Assembly (NCBI GenBank): GCA_051819665.1
Contig: JBNJDG010000007.1
Coordinates: forward strand, 1-51,057
Origin: Nanobdellota archaeon
GTDB lineage: Archaea > Nanobdellota > Nanobdellia > Woesearchaeales > CAZZGN01
DNA: 51,057 nucleotides
Reading direction: 5' to 3'
Made by a program: the position numbers and the translations under genes. Shown here piece after piece: positions 1 to 8,681 of this stretch; the stretch's first letter is position 1; each line of letters begins with the position of its first letter. The notes under the pieces were generated by a model, which saw only the letters and a list, made by a program, of their open reading frames with translations, made no database searches and was not told where the DNA came from.

Positions 1-237
1 GCCAAACCTGAGATAACTCGTAAGTATAGTGAATATCTCGATCAGTATGAAGAGGAAAAGTATGCTGTTTATTATCACATCGATCTCTGCAGAGAATATA
101 TGCATGAATAGACTATAGAGCTCTCTCGAGATTATCAATAAGAGACCCACTATCAGAAGGATAACGAGTATGTTGAAGATCCCCCTGAACGTTTTCAGCA
201 ATTTTTCACTCTTGAAATCTGTAAAATCCATAAACAT
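1..237 (-). CDS. PsiE-like (phosphate-starvation-inducible E family) membrane protein, partial (runs off the window start)
   Basis: Hand translation of the minus strand from ATG 237 (or 231) gives MFMDFTDFKSEKLLKTFRGIFNILVILLIVGLLLIISRELYSLF...INSILFLFILIEIFTILTSYLRFG, open to base 1. The ILFLFILIEI..L..Y pattern is PsiE-like. Not in the ORF track. Confidence 0.6.
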   Translation of the reverse strand, partial: MFMDFTDFKSEKLLKTFRGIFNILVILLIVGLLLIISRELYSLFMHIFSAEIDVIINSILFLFILIEIFTILTSYLRFG

Positions 238-277
238 TAGGATTAACTTCCCTTTTTTAAAACTTTCCCGATAAGGT

Positions 278-892
278 TCATTTCTTCCTGGCCAGTATCC
301 AAAGATGACTCTCTTCCCTGTGATCCTCTACTGCCATTATCAACTCAAAACCAGCCTCCCTGATGAGTTTCTTGTTCCACTGAACAGAGTATGAACTCCA
401 GGCCATGCGAGAACCTGCAAAATCCTCGGAGACATCACATTTCATAGACTCCGCACCAAGAGTTATGAGTATATAGCCATTTTTCTTCAGTAAAGAATGC
501 ATATGCCTGAATAAGCTCTTATGCTCTTCTCTAGGAATGTGGAATATTGAATAGAAAGAGACTATCGCATCGAACTTTCCCTTGATTTTCTTGCTGAAGA
601 AATCCCCTAAGATAAATTCTGCAGAACTCACATTCTTCCTGGCTTTCCTTATATGCTTCTCAGATATATCCAGACCGGTGACAGAGAATCCTTTATTGGT
701 AAAATAAGCATCAAAAGGCAGACCTGTACCGCAACCGAGGCCAAGTATACTGAAATTACCAGTAGTCCTTGCGATAAGTTCATCACACATGAGCTTCTGG
801 AAAGATCCCGGAACATCATCCTTCCTTCCATAAACTTCATCATAGTTCCCTTTGTTGTATCCTTCAGCGACCAATCTCCTCATAAAGCCCAT
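278..892 (-). CDS. Class I SAM-dependent methyltransferase
   Basis: Motif I ILGLGCGTG, VTGLDIS, FDAIVSFYSIFH, LLKKNG. Confidence 0.85.
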   Translation of the reverse strand: MGFMRRLVAEGYNKGNYDEVYGRKDDVPGSFQKLMCDELIARTTGNFSILGLGCGTGLPFDAYFTNKGFSVTGLDISEKHIRKARKNVSSAEFILGDFFSKKIKGKFDAIVSFYSIFHIPREEHKSLFRHMHSLLKKNGYILITLGAESMKCDVSEDFAGSRMAWSSYSVQWNKKLIREAGFELIMAVEDHREESHLWILARKK

Positions 893-938
893 TGATCATA
901 TCACCTATTTATAGTTTCTGGAAACCCTTTAAGACAGA

Positions 939-1484
939 CTAGGCCGCACGTTTTTTCCTGAACCTTTCTTGGTTCTTTATCAACCCTTTCATGTCTCTTG
1001 CCGATAGACCATCATACTCCCTGAAGAACTTCCCAGATCTTACATTCTCCTTATACCTTTCAATGAGACCGCGGAATTCCCTATTCTTCATGTTCCCGAT
1101 TATCCAGAATTCATAATCAATAAGATAATACCTCCCCTTATACTTGATTATATTACCCTCATCCCCTCCATCTATAGGGATTATACCAAGCTCAAGTATC
1201 TTAAGGAAGATCTCCTTCAGTTCATTAGTGTTTGAAACGAATTCCCCGGGTATGTAATCCATCACCATCCAGCCTTTGCTTGAGAACAAGCCTGTCTTTG
1301 TCTTACGAATCTTAGGTGCATGTATCCCATGTTTTCTCAATATATTATTTATCCTCTTCTCCTTCCTGATGATCTTCTTCTTATCAATCTTTGCGATTAG
1401 GTCATCGTTTATCTTATGGACATGTCTGCTCAGACCCGAACCCTTTTCCCTGAGCGAACGTTTGAGGAGCTTTGAATAATTCAT
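939..1484 (-). CDS. Minimal protein-kinase-like (Bud32/RIO/Kdo-like) phosphotransferase
   Basis: GSGLSRHV loop, LIAK lysine, HGIHAPKI, WMVMDYIPG hinge, D...GNII catalytic loop, YLIDYE. Confidence 0.6.
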   Translation of the reverse strand: MNYSKLLKRSLREKGSGLSRHVHKINDDLIAKIDKKKIIRKEKRINNILRKHGIHAPKIRKTKTGLFSSKGWMVMDYIPGEFVSNTNELKEIFLKILELGIIPIDGGDEGNIIKYKGRYYLIDYEFWIIGNMKNREFRGLIERYKENVRSGKFFREYDGLSARDMKGLIKNQERFRKKRAA

Positions 1485-1574
1485 GCCGAATACTTTTCAA
1501 TAGAAGTTTAAATATTTTCTGTAAAAATACCACTCTATCAACCACAGGATAGAGAATTAAGATAATTTTCCCGT

Positions 1575-2285
1575 TCATAACAAAAAACTGAATATATAAT
1601 AAATGCCAGCTAAGATGAATACAACTGCAACTATGTATCTCATCCACTTCTCGAAAGCCTGCACCCTGTTCATTATATTACCCATCTTTGATACACCATA
1701 GACAAGTATGAACGAGAATATTATCACAGGAAGGCCTGTGGCGAAGGCAAAGACCGAAGGAATCAATAAACCATCACCTGCATTGATAGCTATAGGTATA
1801 AGCATGCCAAAGAAGAGCACCGCACTGAAAGGGCAGAATGCCAGAGCGAATATAACACCAAGCAAAAAACTGCCCAAAAAACCTTTCTCCGCAAGCCTTT
1901 CCTTCAACCTGTTCATCCTGCCGCTCCCGCTGAGAAAATTCAGTTTCAGAATATCAAGCATCACAACACCTATTATGACCAGGAGAGGACCGAGAATCTT
2001 CTCACCATATTCCTGAAGAAAAAAAGATACATTCTGGGCATTAAGGCCGAACCACACTATAAGAGATGCAAGCAAAGTATATGTGAACATCCTGCCTAAT
2101 GTATAAAGGAAACCCACCCATAAAGTATGCCTGCTGTTATTTATCCTCTTCGAGGCATACGCGACAGCTGTTATATTTGTTGCCAGAGGACACGGACTTA
2201 TCGCTGTCATGAGCCCTATGAAGAACGCTGCAATTATGCCTATATCACTGTTACCCATCGCTTCCATGAAAGACATTATATCCAT
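1575..2285 (-). CDS. ArsG-family / DsbD-CcdA-like transmembrane protein
   Basis: About 6 TM segments; GLMTAISPCPLATNI and FALAFCPFS Cys-Pro motifs; last gene of the ars cluster. Confidence 0.8.
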   Translation of the reverse strand: MDIMSFMEAMGNSDIGIIAAFFIGLMTAISPCPLATNITAVAYASKRINNSRHTLWVGFLYTLGRMFTYTLLASLIVWFGLNAQNVSFFLQEYGEKILGPLLVIIGVVMLDILKLNFLSGSGRMNRLKERLAEKGFLGSFLLGVIFALAFCPFSAVLFFGMLIPIAINAGDGLLIPSVFAFATGLPVIIFSFILVYGVSKMGNIMNRVQAFEKWMRYIVAVVFILAGIYYIFSFLL

Positions 2286-2297
2286 TTATTATCGCCT

Positions 2298-2486
2298 TTA
2301 TTTACAACAGCCACCACTTTTACTCTGTCCTGCGCAGATCTTTCCGTAATCTATGCCAACTCTGCTTTCAATGATCTGATTACATTCGACTATAAGAGAA
2401 CTGAACTCCAACGGGTCTTCAATATCCGTCTTCTTTATAGCCTTAGCAAGTTCTTCTGCTTTTCCTATGACCGGATGCTTATCCAC
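2298..2486 (-). CDS. Small YlbF-like protein with C-terminal Cys-Cys tail (~62 aa)
   Basis: Probable GTG start at 2486 (or 2492) after GGAGG. VIGKAEELAKAIKKT and LIVECNQIIES resemble the two ends of the upstream YlbF-like protein. Ends SGGCCK. Confidence 0.6.
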   Translation of the reverse strand: MDKHPVIGKAEELAKAIKKTDIEDPLEFSSLIVECNQIIESRVGIDYGKICAGQSKSGGCCK

Positions 2487-2841
2487 AACCACAACCACCA
2501 CCTCCTTTTGAATATGCAAATGGCGAATCGATCTCTTCACTTATTATATTGTTTGTCTCCCTTAAAAGTTTCACAAATCTGTCCTGGGCCCTCAAAAAGT
2601 TTTGAATTGTCTTGTCACCCCTTATCCTCTTCTGGATCTTTTCGATCTCTATCTTTTTGCTTTCAGAGACGCCATCGTATTTTATCTCTTCCCTTTTCTG
2701 ATTGAATTCATTCATCAGATCAATCGAATCCTGATTATCCTTGAATGCCTTATCCGCCGCCTTGTAGTCTTTATATTCAGTGCTCTCAGCGATCTCTTCA
2801 GCGAACTCCTCTGCTAACCTTATGACTTCATCGTTCATCAT
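2479..2841 (-). CDS. YlbF/YmcA-family protein with GGGGCGCG tail
   Basis: LAEEFAEEIAESTEYKDYKAA...IQNFLRAQDRFVKLLRETNNII is a YlbF pattern. AGGTGG precedes the ATGs at 2841/2838. Confidence 0.75.
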   Translation of the reverse strand: MMNDEVIRLAEEFAEEIAESTEYKDYKAADKAFKDNQDSIDLMNEFNQKREEIKYDGVSESKKIEIEKIQKRIRGDKTIQNFLRAQDRFVKLLRETNNIISEEIDSPFAYSKGGGGCGCG

Positions 2842-2936
2842 TACCACCTTTTCCAGGATTTTGTGCTTCCGGATACCAAGCATCAACAGGATCAGGAATC
2901 AGGACAATATGCTGGCAGAGTCGCTAATCCTCTGGA

Positions 2937-3389
2937 TCATTCCCCTGCGAGTTTCTTCTCTATCACACCCTTAAGATAATCCATGTACTCCTGCTTATCC
3001 TGGAGCTTATACCATACTTTCTTGTTCTGCTCGGCTTTGAAAGAACCATCATCATACACACCAAGCCAAAGTGATGAGCCGGTTGCACCGTATTTTCTTG
3101 CTAATTCCCTGTTCTCAGGTTTTTGACCATTTATGTGATCGAATACAATAGTCCCCTCATCCAGTTCATCACTGAAATATGTATTAACAGTCTCCTCAGC
3201 ATAATCACCAAGGGTTATGCATGATTGGCACTGATTATCCCCATGAAAATGATACACCTCAAGTTTATCTATATTGACCGTTCTTTCAGAAGTATCATCC
3301 ACTGCATTGCCTGTATTATCTACCTGTTCTGCATTGCCTGTACAGCCTGCTATCAATAGGAATACAAAAATAAAAAAGATCTTTCTCAT
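2937..3389 (-). CDS. ArsF-family thioredoxin-like lipoprotein
   Basis: Lipobox LIAGC; LEVYHFHGDNQCQSC (CxxC); lies within the ars operon. Confidence 0.75.
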   Translation of the reverse strand: MRKIFFIFVFLLIAGCTGNAEQVDNTGNAVDDTSERTVNIDKLEVYHFHGDNQCQSCITLGDYAEETVNTYFSDELDEGTIVFDHINGQKPENRELARKYGATGSSLWLGVYDDGSFKAEQNKKVWYKLQDKQEYMDYLKGVIEKKLAGE

Positions 3390-4501
3390 ACTATCCCTCC
3401 GAAAATAAGCCCTGCAATGGTTGAATAAACTATCACCAATCCAACATACACCGCTGTTTTCTTGTTCCCAAGCACACCTCTGACTACGAGCATGTTGGGA
3501 AGGCTTAACGAAGGACCGGCCAGCAGCAGAGCCAGAGCAGGACCGGAATGCATCCCTTTAGCCATAAGCGCCTGCAGTATGGGTATCTCAGTCAATGTAG
3601 AGAAGTACATGAATGCACCGAAGACAGAACCCACAAGATTGCCAAGTAAAGTGTTCTGACCGACTATGTTCTGTATAACTGTTTCGGGCAGGAGAGGCAT
3701 GATGAAGCCTGCAACAAAAACCCCTATGAAAAGCAGAGGAAGTATAAGCTTCGAGAAGTTCCATGTCTCACCCAGCCACTGGTTCCTCAGTTCTTTCGTG
3801 AACCTGAAGATTGCCAATAATACAACACCCAGAGCCATGATGCCCATCAGAACATACTTTATCATCTGGCCTATCTGAAGGCCATTGACTATAAGAATAC
3901 CAACCAGAAGAGCGAAGAATATGCCCATCGTAAGATTAGAAACCTCTTTCTTTGAATCACTTTGCATTAACAATCCTTTCTTATCGGTCTTCTCCCTGAA
4001 TATGAAAGTCATAGTAAGACCGACCAGTATTGACAGAGGGATCGCAAACAATATACGTGCCAGCCCTATCTCATATCCAAGAACACTCAGGGTAAGGAAT
4101 ATCGCAGCTATGTTTATCGCAGGGCCCGAGAATAAGAATGTTATCGCCGGACCCAGGCCTGCTCCCCTCTTCCTTATACCGGCGAAGATAGGAAGGACCG
4201 TACATGAACATACTGCAAGGACAGCACCTGATACAGAGGCAATAGCATAAGATACATGTTTCTTAGCTTTAGCGCCGAGATACTTAAGGACCTTATCCTT
4301 ACCCACCAATACAGCTATAGCACCAGCGATAAAGAGAGCAGGCACAAGACATGTGAGGACATGCTCTTTAGCATACTCACCCAACAACTGAGCCCCTGAA
4401 ACTATCGAATTGGTGAACCAGTCGCTCTTATGCGGAATGAAGTAGAATATTGCAAAGACTGCAACTATCCCAGCCAGCTTATTCCATTCTTTCCTTTCCA
4501 T
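3386..4501 (-). CDS. arsP: ArsP-type (DUF318) permease
   Basis: HVLTCLVPALFIAGAI, LAVCSCTVLPIF, FLFSGPAIN, MYFSTLTEIP, LLAGPSLSLP. Confidence 0.8.
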   Translation of the reverse strand: MERKEWNKLAGIVAVFAIFYFIPHKSDWFTNSIVSGAQLLGEYAKEHVLTCLVPALFIAGAIAVLVGKDKVLKYLGAKAKKHVSYAIASVSGAVLAVCSCTVLPIFAGIRKRGAGLGPAITFLFSGPAINIAAIFLTLSVLGYEIGLARILFAIPLSILVGLTMTFIFREKTDKKGLLMQSDSKKEVSNLTMGIFFALLVGILIVNGLQIGQMIKYVLMGIMALGVVLLAIFRFTKELRNQWLGETWNFSKLILPLLFIGVFVAGFIMPLLPETVIQNIVGQNTLLGNLVGSVFGAFMYFSTLTEIPILQALMAKGMHSGPALALLLAGPSLSLPNMLVVRGVLGNKKTAVYVGLVIVYSTIAGLIFGGIV

Positions 4502-4502
4502 T

Positions 4503-4730
4503 TTAAAGCCACTGTTTTATCTCTTCAACCGTGTTTACTTTACCGTAACTCTTCACTTCACCATCTATAGCAATAGCCGGCGTTGACATGACACCATAAT
4601 CGACTATCTCGTTCACATCAGTTACCTTCATAAATTCTGCTTCTTTGCCTGTCTCTTCAATAGCTTTCCTTGCATTAGCTTCCAGTTTCTTGCAGTTCGG
4701 ACAACCGCTTCCCAGTATCTCTATCTTCAT
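4503..4730 (-). CDS. MTH895/ArsE-family small thioredoxin-like protein
   Basis: MKIEILGSGCPNCKKL ... YGVMSTPAIAIDG. Confidence 0.9.
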   Translation of the reverse strand: MKIEILGSGCPNCKKLEANARKAIEETGKEAEFMKVTDVNEIVDYGVMSTPAIAIDGEVKSYGKVNTVEEIKQWL

Positions 4731-5461
4731 TGTTCATCCCTCCTTGCAGTTATTTTTATGCTTTCAACCGGTAATCCATTGTATTGTTTCTCGCTTATAT
4801 CCTTATCATCAGAGACTGACTCTATCGCAAAGCCCGCCTCCTTAACCAATGAAAGGAATTCGTCACGCATCACCGCATTGCCCACACAGCCAGTTATAAG
4901 ATCTGGATCATTCCTCTGTTCCTCTGAAAGCTCCTCCAGAAGCACCATATCGGAGACAAAAAATGAGCCATTCTCCCTGAGAACTCTGTTAGCTTCCTTC
5001 AGGACCTTTGCCTTATCATTTGAAAGATTGATCACACAATTGCTTATTATAAGATCCACAGAATCATCCTCCAATGGAAGGTTCTCTATCTCTCCTTTCC
5101 TGAACTCGACATTATCATAACCGTTCTTATTTGCATTTTCTCTGGCTTTCTCTATCATCTCATCAGTCATGTCAATGCCGATGACTTTCTTTGCTTTACG
5201 GGCAGCGAGAAGACAATCAAATCCGCCCCCTGAACCTAAGTCAAGAACTGTCATATCTTTCGTGATCTCCCCGTGAGCAGTGGGATTACCGCAGCCGAGA
5301 CCGAGATTCGCTTCAGGAGACTCTTTTATATCATCATCTGAGTAACCTATCGTTTTTGCATGTTCCTCAACACTCTGGCCACAACTGCAAGAACACCCAC
5401 AACCACGGGACGCATTCGCATAATTCTCCTTTATCTTCTTCTTATGTTCATCCATCTTCAT
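4727..5461 (-). CDS. arsM: Arsenite S-adenosylmethionine methyltransferase
   Basis: NLGLGCGNP, VLDLGSGGGFDC, IISNCVINLS, GCVGNA; N-terminal Cys cluster GCGCSCSCG. Confidence 0.9.
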   Translation of the reverse strand: MKMDEHKKKIKENYANASRGCGCSCSCGQSVEEHAKTIGYSDDDIKESPEANLGLGCGNPTAHGEITKDMTVLDLGSGGGFDCLLAARKAKKVIGIDMTDEMIEKARENANKNGYDNVEFRKGEIENLPLEDDSVDLIISNCVINLSNDKAKVLKEANRVLRENGSFFVSDMVLLEELSEEQRNDPDLITGCVGNAVMRDEFLSLVKEAGFAIESVSDDKDISEKQYNGLPVESIKITARRDEQ

Positions 5462-5753
5462 TCACACAACAATTCTCCTTCTTCGGAACATCGCTTCTCT
5501 CCACACCAACGGCCCTGAAGAGTTCATAGACTTTCTTATCCCTGAGACTGTAGTAGATCCTCTTGCCCTCTCTCCTCGACCCGACTATGCCAAGATCCTC
5601 TAGCTTACCTAATTGAAGGGATACTGTAGACTGGGTCCTTTCCACATAGGGGAAGATCTCACAGACGCATCTCTCTCCTTCCAGGAGAAGCTCAAGGATC
5701 TTATAACGTGTTGGATCCGATAAGGCCTTGAACAAAGTAAGGTTTCTTTTCAT
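5448..5753 (-). CDS. arsR: ArsR/SmtB-family metalloregulator
   Basis: FKALSDPTRYKILELL, ERCVCEI metal site, QSTVSLQL HTH, C-terminal CC. Likely start ATG 5753 (MKRNLTLF). Confidence 0.9.
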   Translation of the reverse strand: MKRNLTLFKALSDPTRYKILELLLEGERCVCEIFPYVERTQSTVSLQLGKLEDLGIVGSRREGKRIYYSLRDKKVYELFRAVGVERSDVPKKENCCVNEDG

Positions 5754-5757
5754 TGAG

Positions 5758-5790
5758 ATATTGGCATACGTCAATTTGTATTTAAATTTT
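5758..5790 (-). promoter_or_regulatory. Putative ars promoter (TATA-like TTTAAATA) with ATTG-N8-CAAT palindrome, candidate ArsR operator
   Basis: Minus strand reads gaaaaatttaaatacaaATTGacgtatgcCAATatctcaATG; the palindrome spans 5760-5775, just upstream of the arsR start. Confidence 0.45.
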
Positions 5791-5822
5791 TCGATTGGAA
5801 AGACCTTGAGAAAATCCAATAA

Positions 5823-6434
5823 TCAGATATCCAAAGTTTCTATAATTTTATCATCATAACTATACAACACAGGGATCCTGAACCTCTCAATCTTGTTCAT
5901 ATTATTATCAACAGGAATTACGAGCCCAAAATCATCAGTATAATCAACCCAATCCAGAAGAACAACATCACCATCTTCTATAGCCTTTGCTGTAGAATCA
6001 TGATATACGACTTCAGTTCTTTCTGGAAGATATTCTTCTACTTTATCCTTACTTACGGCCGTGTGAACTTCAGTTTCTTCAAGATTTCTCAAAGAGATGA
6101 ACCTTTTCTCATCACCGACCAAAGTAAGACCTTCTCTTAATCTCCTCTCAACTGCATTACCAAGTTCATTATCCTTTGCTACCCTTCCTACAAGAGCTAT
6201 ATCGACCTCACCTTTGTTAAGAGCAGATAGAGCAGCACTCGTATGAGGATATCTTTTCAAAGACAAACGTTCATTTTCAGAGGCTATATTCTCAGCAATA
6301 ACCGACATAGTAGGACAATGGCCAAAGATTATCTCTTCTTTGGGGCTTTCACCAGTAACTTTTCCTGACTGAGCACAGCCTGATAAAGACATCAATATAA
6401 CAATTGTACCGATAATAAAAACATTATTTTTCAT
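5823..6434 (-). CDS. Lipoprotein, possible type-2 periplasmic-binding-like fold
   Basis: Lipobox SLSGC; HCPTM; TSAALSALNKGEVDIALVGR resembles a PBP2 motif. Confidence 0.5.
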   Translation of the reverse strand: MKNNVFIIGTIVILMSLSGCAQSGKVTGESPKEEIIFGHCPTMSVIAENIASENERLSLKRYPHTSAALSALNKGEVDIALVGRVAKDNELGNAVERRLREGLTLVGDEKRFISLRNLEETEVHTAVSKDKVEEYLPERTEVVYHDSTAKAIEDGDVVLLDWVDYTDDFGLVIPVDNNMNKIERFRIPVLYSYDDKIIETLDI

Positions 6435-6702
6435 GTTTTATTCTCCTTAATGCAGTTGCAATATCTGAAACAGAAAAACCTATCAGCCTTATGCCTTCAT
6501 CATCAACCAATCTATTGAGAATCCCTTCTGCATCATCTACCTTCACATTCTCAAGCGAATTTTCAATCTTATGCAGAGCAGCTTCAGGATGTATGAAAAA
6601 ATCGCCCGTTATGACAATAGATTTTATTTCATCGGTATCCAGATCCGCCTCGACCCTTAGCAGTTTACCATCCGGAACTTTATGAACGACTTCTTTTCTC
6701 AT
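6424..6702 (-). CDS. Lipoate-protein ligase C-terminal/accessory subunit (LplB-like)
   Basis: HKVPDGKLLRV, IVITGDFFIHPE, LIGFS; ATGA overlap with the upstream ligase. Confidence 0.85.
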   Translation of the reverse strand: MRKEVVHKVPDGKLLRVEADLDTDEIKSIVITGDFFIHPEAALHKIENSLENVKVDDAEGILNRLVDDEGIRLIGFSVSDIATALRRIKHEK

Positions 6703-7457
6703 CTTGATCGGTTCCACTCTTCTGTTGAATATTTCTCCCTGTATAAACTTTCCGCAAGCTTCCTTTCGTAATCCGTCAACTCTTCTTCCTCAAAGTTTAT
6801 ATCGAATGTATCATCAAATCCTTTCAATAATGAAGCTTTAACATCTTCAATATCAGCTTCCTTCCCGAGTTCCTGTTTAAGAGATGTAACCCTCTCCTTA
6901 ACCTTATCTATCATCTTATCCCTTGTCTTCTCATCAGAAACCTTGAGCAGGGAAAACATCCTCTCCACATCAACATCCAGAAGTATCGTACCATGCTGGA
7001 GCACAACTCCCTGTTTCCTAGTCTGGGCATTTCCGGATATCTTTTTTCCGTCAGAAACAATATCGTTTATTCCGGTAAACTCGCCATTTATCCCCAACCT
7101 TCTGAAGCCTTTGATCAAAGCATCACAGATGAACTTATAAGACTCGATTATATCGGAAGGAACATCCTTCTCAGATACAGCGAGAGAATACGTCAATTCC
7201 TTATCATGAAGAACAGCCCCTCCTCCTGTGTATCTCCTGACAACATCAACGCCCTGCTCTTTAGCTTCCCCAAGATTAACCTCTTTCTCAAGACTCTGGA
7301 AAAAACCGACTGTAAGGCATGGAGGCTTCCATGTGAAGAATCTTAAAGTATCAGGTACAATACCTTTGATCCTTGCTGTCATGATAGCCTCGTCCACAGC
7401 CATCTGCATAGCACCTTCAGTTTCAATATCCTTTATTATCCTCCATCTCATATGCAT
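6699..7457 (-). CDS. Lipoate-protein ligase A catalytic subunit / LipM-like octanoyltransferase
   Basis: MAVDEAI, VVRRYTGGGAVLHD, NDIV..GKKISGNAQ, LQHGT. Confidence 0.9.
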   Translation of the reverse strand: MHMRWRIIKDIETEGAMQMAVDEAIMTARIKGIVPDTLRFFTWKPPCLTVGFFQSLEKEVNLGEAKEQGVDVVRRYTGGGAVLHDKELTYSLAVSEKDVPSDIIESYKFICDALIKGFRRLGINGEFTGINDIVSDGKKISGNAQTRKQGVVLQHGTILLDVDVERMFSLLKVSDEKTRDKMIDKVKERVTSLKQELGKEADIEDVKASLLKGFDDTFDINFEEEELTDYERKLAESLYREKYSTEEWNRSR

Positions 7458-8287
7458 TCACTTGCCTTATAAGAGCTCCTCACCAGAGGCCCTGAAACTA
7501 CCTTCTTGAAACCCATCTTTTCAGCCTTTTCTTTTATCTCCCTGAACTCTTCAGGAGTATAATACTTCTTGACTTCAGTATTCTCTCTGCTCGGCTGAAG
7601 ATACTGGCCCACGGTAATTATATCACAACCGGCGTACTTAAGATCTCTCAATGTCTTCCTTACATCTTTCTCTCCTAAACCGAGCATGAATCCCGATTTA
7701 GTGAATATGGAAGGGTCAAACTCCTTAACCTTCCTTAACAATTCAAGAGATATGCCATAATCTCCCTCCGGCCTCATAAAAGGGAATAATCCCTTATCAA
7801 CCTCTATATTATGGTTTATCACATCGGGCTTTGAATCAACTATCCTCTTAAGAGCTTTCCAGTTCCCCTTGAGGTCAGAGATCAATAGTTCTATCTTACA
7901 GTCAGGAACATTCTTCCTTATTGCATCCAGTGTCTTAACAAAATGTTCAGCTCCACCATCCTCAAGGTCGTCCCTTGTCACACAGGTTATGACTGCATAC
8001 TTAAGACCCAGTTTTCTTACTGCATCAGCGACCCTTTCTGGTTCATCCTTATCAACATCTTTAGGTTTCCCGCTCTTGATATTGCAGTAACGGCAGTTCC
8101 TTGTACATATCTCCCCCAAGATCATGAAAGTCGCCGTCTTCCTTGAGAAACATTCATACCTGTTCGGACAGTCAGCTTCCTTACATACTGTGACCAGACC
8201 ATTCCTGTCTATAACATCTTTGGTCTTAAGATATTCTTCCTTATCATAAGAACCTATCCTGATCCAACCAGGGAGTTCAGAAGCCAT
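7448..8287 (-). CDS. lipA: Lipoyl synthase
   Basis: TVCKEADCPNRYEC auxiliary cluster motif, CTRNCRYC radical SAM motif, GPLVRSSY. Confidence 0.95.
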   Translation of the reverse strand: MASELPGWIRIGSYDKEEYLKTKDVIDRNGLVTVCKEADCPNRYECFSRKTATFMILGEICTRNCRYCNIKSGKPKDVDKDEPERVADAVRKLGLKYAVITCVTRDDLEDGGAEHFVKTLDAIRKNVPDCKIELLISDLKGNWKALKRIVDSKPDVINHNIEVDKGLFPFMRPEGDYGISLELLRKVKEFDPSIFTKSGFMLGLGEKDVRKTLRDLKYAGCDIITVGQYLQPSRENTEVKKYYTPEEFREIKEKAEKMGFKKVVSGPLVRSSYKASECI

Positions 8288-8303
8288 AATTCATTCTTCA
8301 ACC

Positions 8304-8681
8304 TCAGTATTTCTTTTTAGCTTCTTCAGCGTCCATCAGACTATCAGTTTCCCTGGGATCATCCATCCTGACCTTCATGATCCATTCTCCATAAGGGTCA
8401 TTGTTTATCTTCGACGGATCATCAAAGAGAGGATCATTCACTTCTACCACCTCTCCCGTTACAGGGCTTGAGAGATGGCCCGACCATTTGACTGCCTCCA
8501 AAGAGACATAAGTATCCCCTTGCTTTATCTTCTTACCCTTCTCGGGCAGTTTTATGAAAGCGAATTCCTGCGCATTCTCAGCTGCCTTTGATACCACACC
8601 TATCGTTGCTGTATCACCTTCCACTTTCACCCACGAATTATCCTTATTATATTTCAGGTTCCCGGGAAATTCATCTGTCAT
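8304..8681 (-). CDS. gcvH: Glycine cleavage H-like lipoyl carrier protein
   Basis: SLEAVKWSGHLSSPVTGEVVEVN (lipoyl Lys), INNDPYGEWI. Confidence 0.85.
   Translation of the reverse strand: MTDEFPGNLKYNKDNSWVKVEGDTATIGVVSKAAENAQEFAFIKLPEKGKKIKQGDTYVSLEAVKWSGHLSSPVTGEVVEVNDPLFDDPSKINNDPYGEWIMKVRMDDPRETDSLMDAEEAKKKY

Noticed and set aside
1..111. Open plus-strand frame AKPEITRKY...YMHE*
   Set aside because: It is the antisense shadow of a more convincing minus-strand PsiE-like membrane protein
2484..2505. Short ACC/ACAACC tandem repeat
   Set aside because: It simply encodes the GGGGCGCG tail and doubles as the RBS/start region of the next gene
2842..2940. ATG at 2940 overlapping the ArsF-like stop, in frame with the YlbF-like gene but interrupted by TGA at 2899-2901 (possible selenocysteine or readthrough)
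   Set aside because: The TGA is not in a Cys-like redox context, no SECIS is evident, and the YlbF-like gene has its own RBS at 2841/2838; chance or a small remnant is more likely
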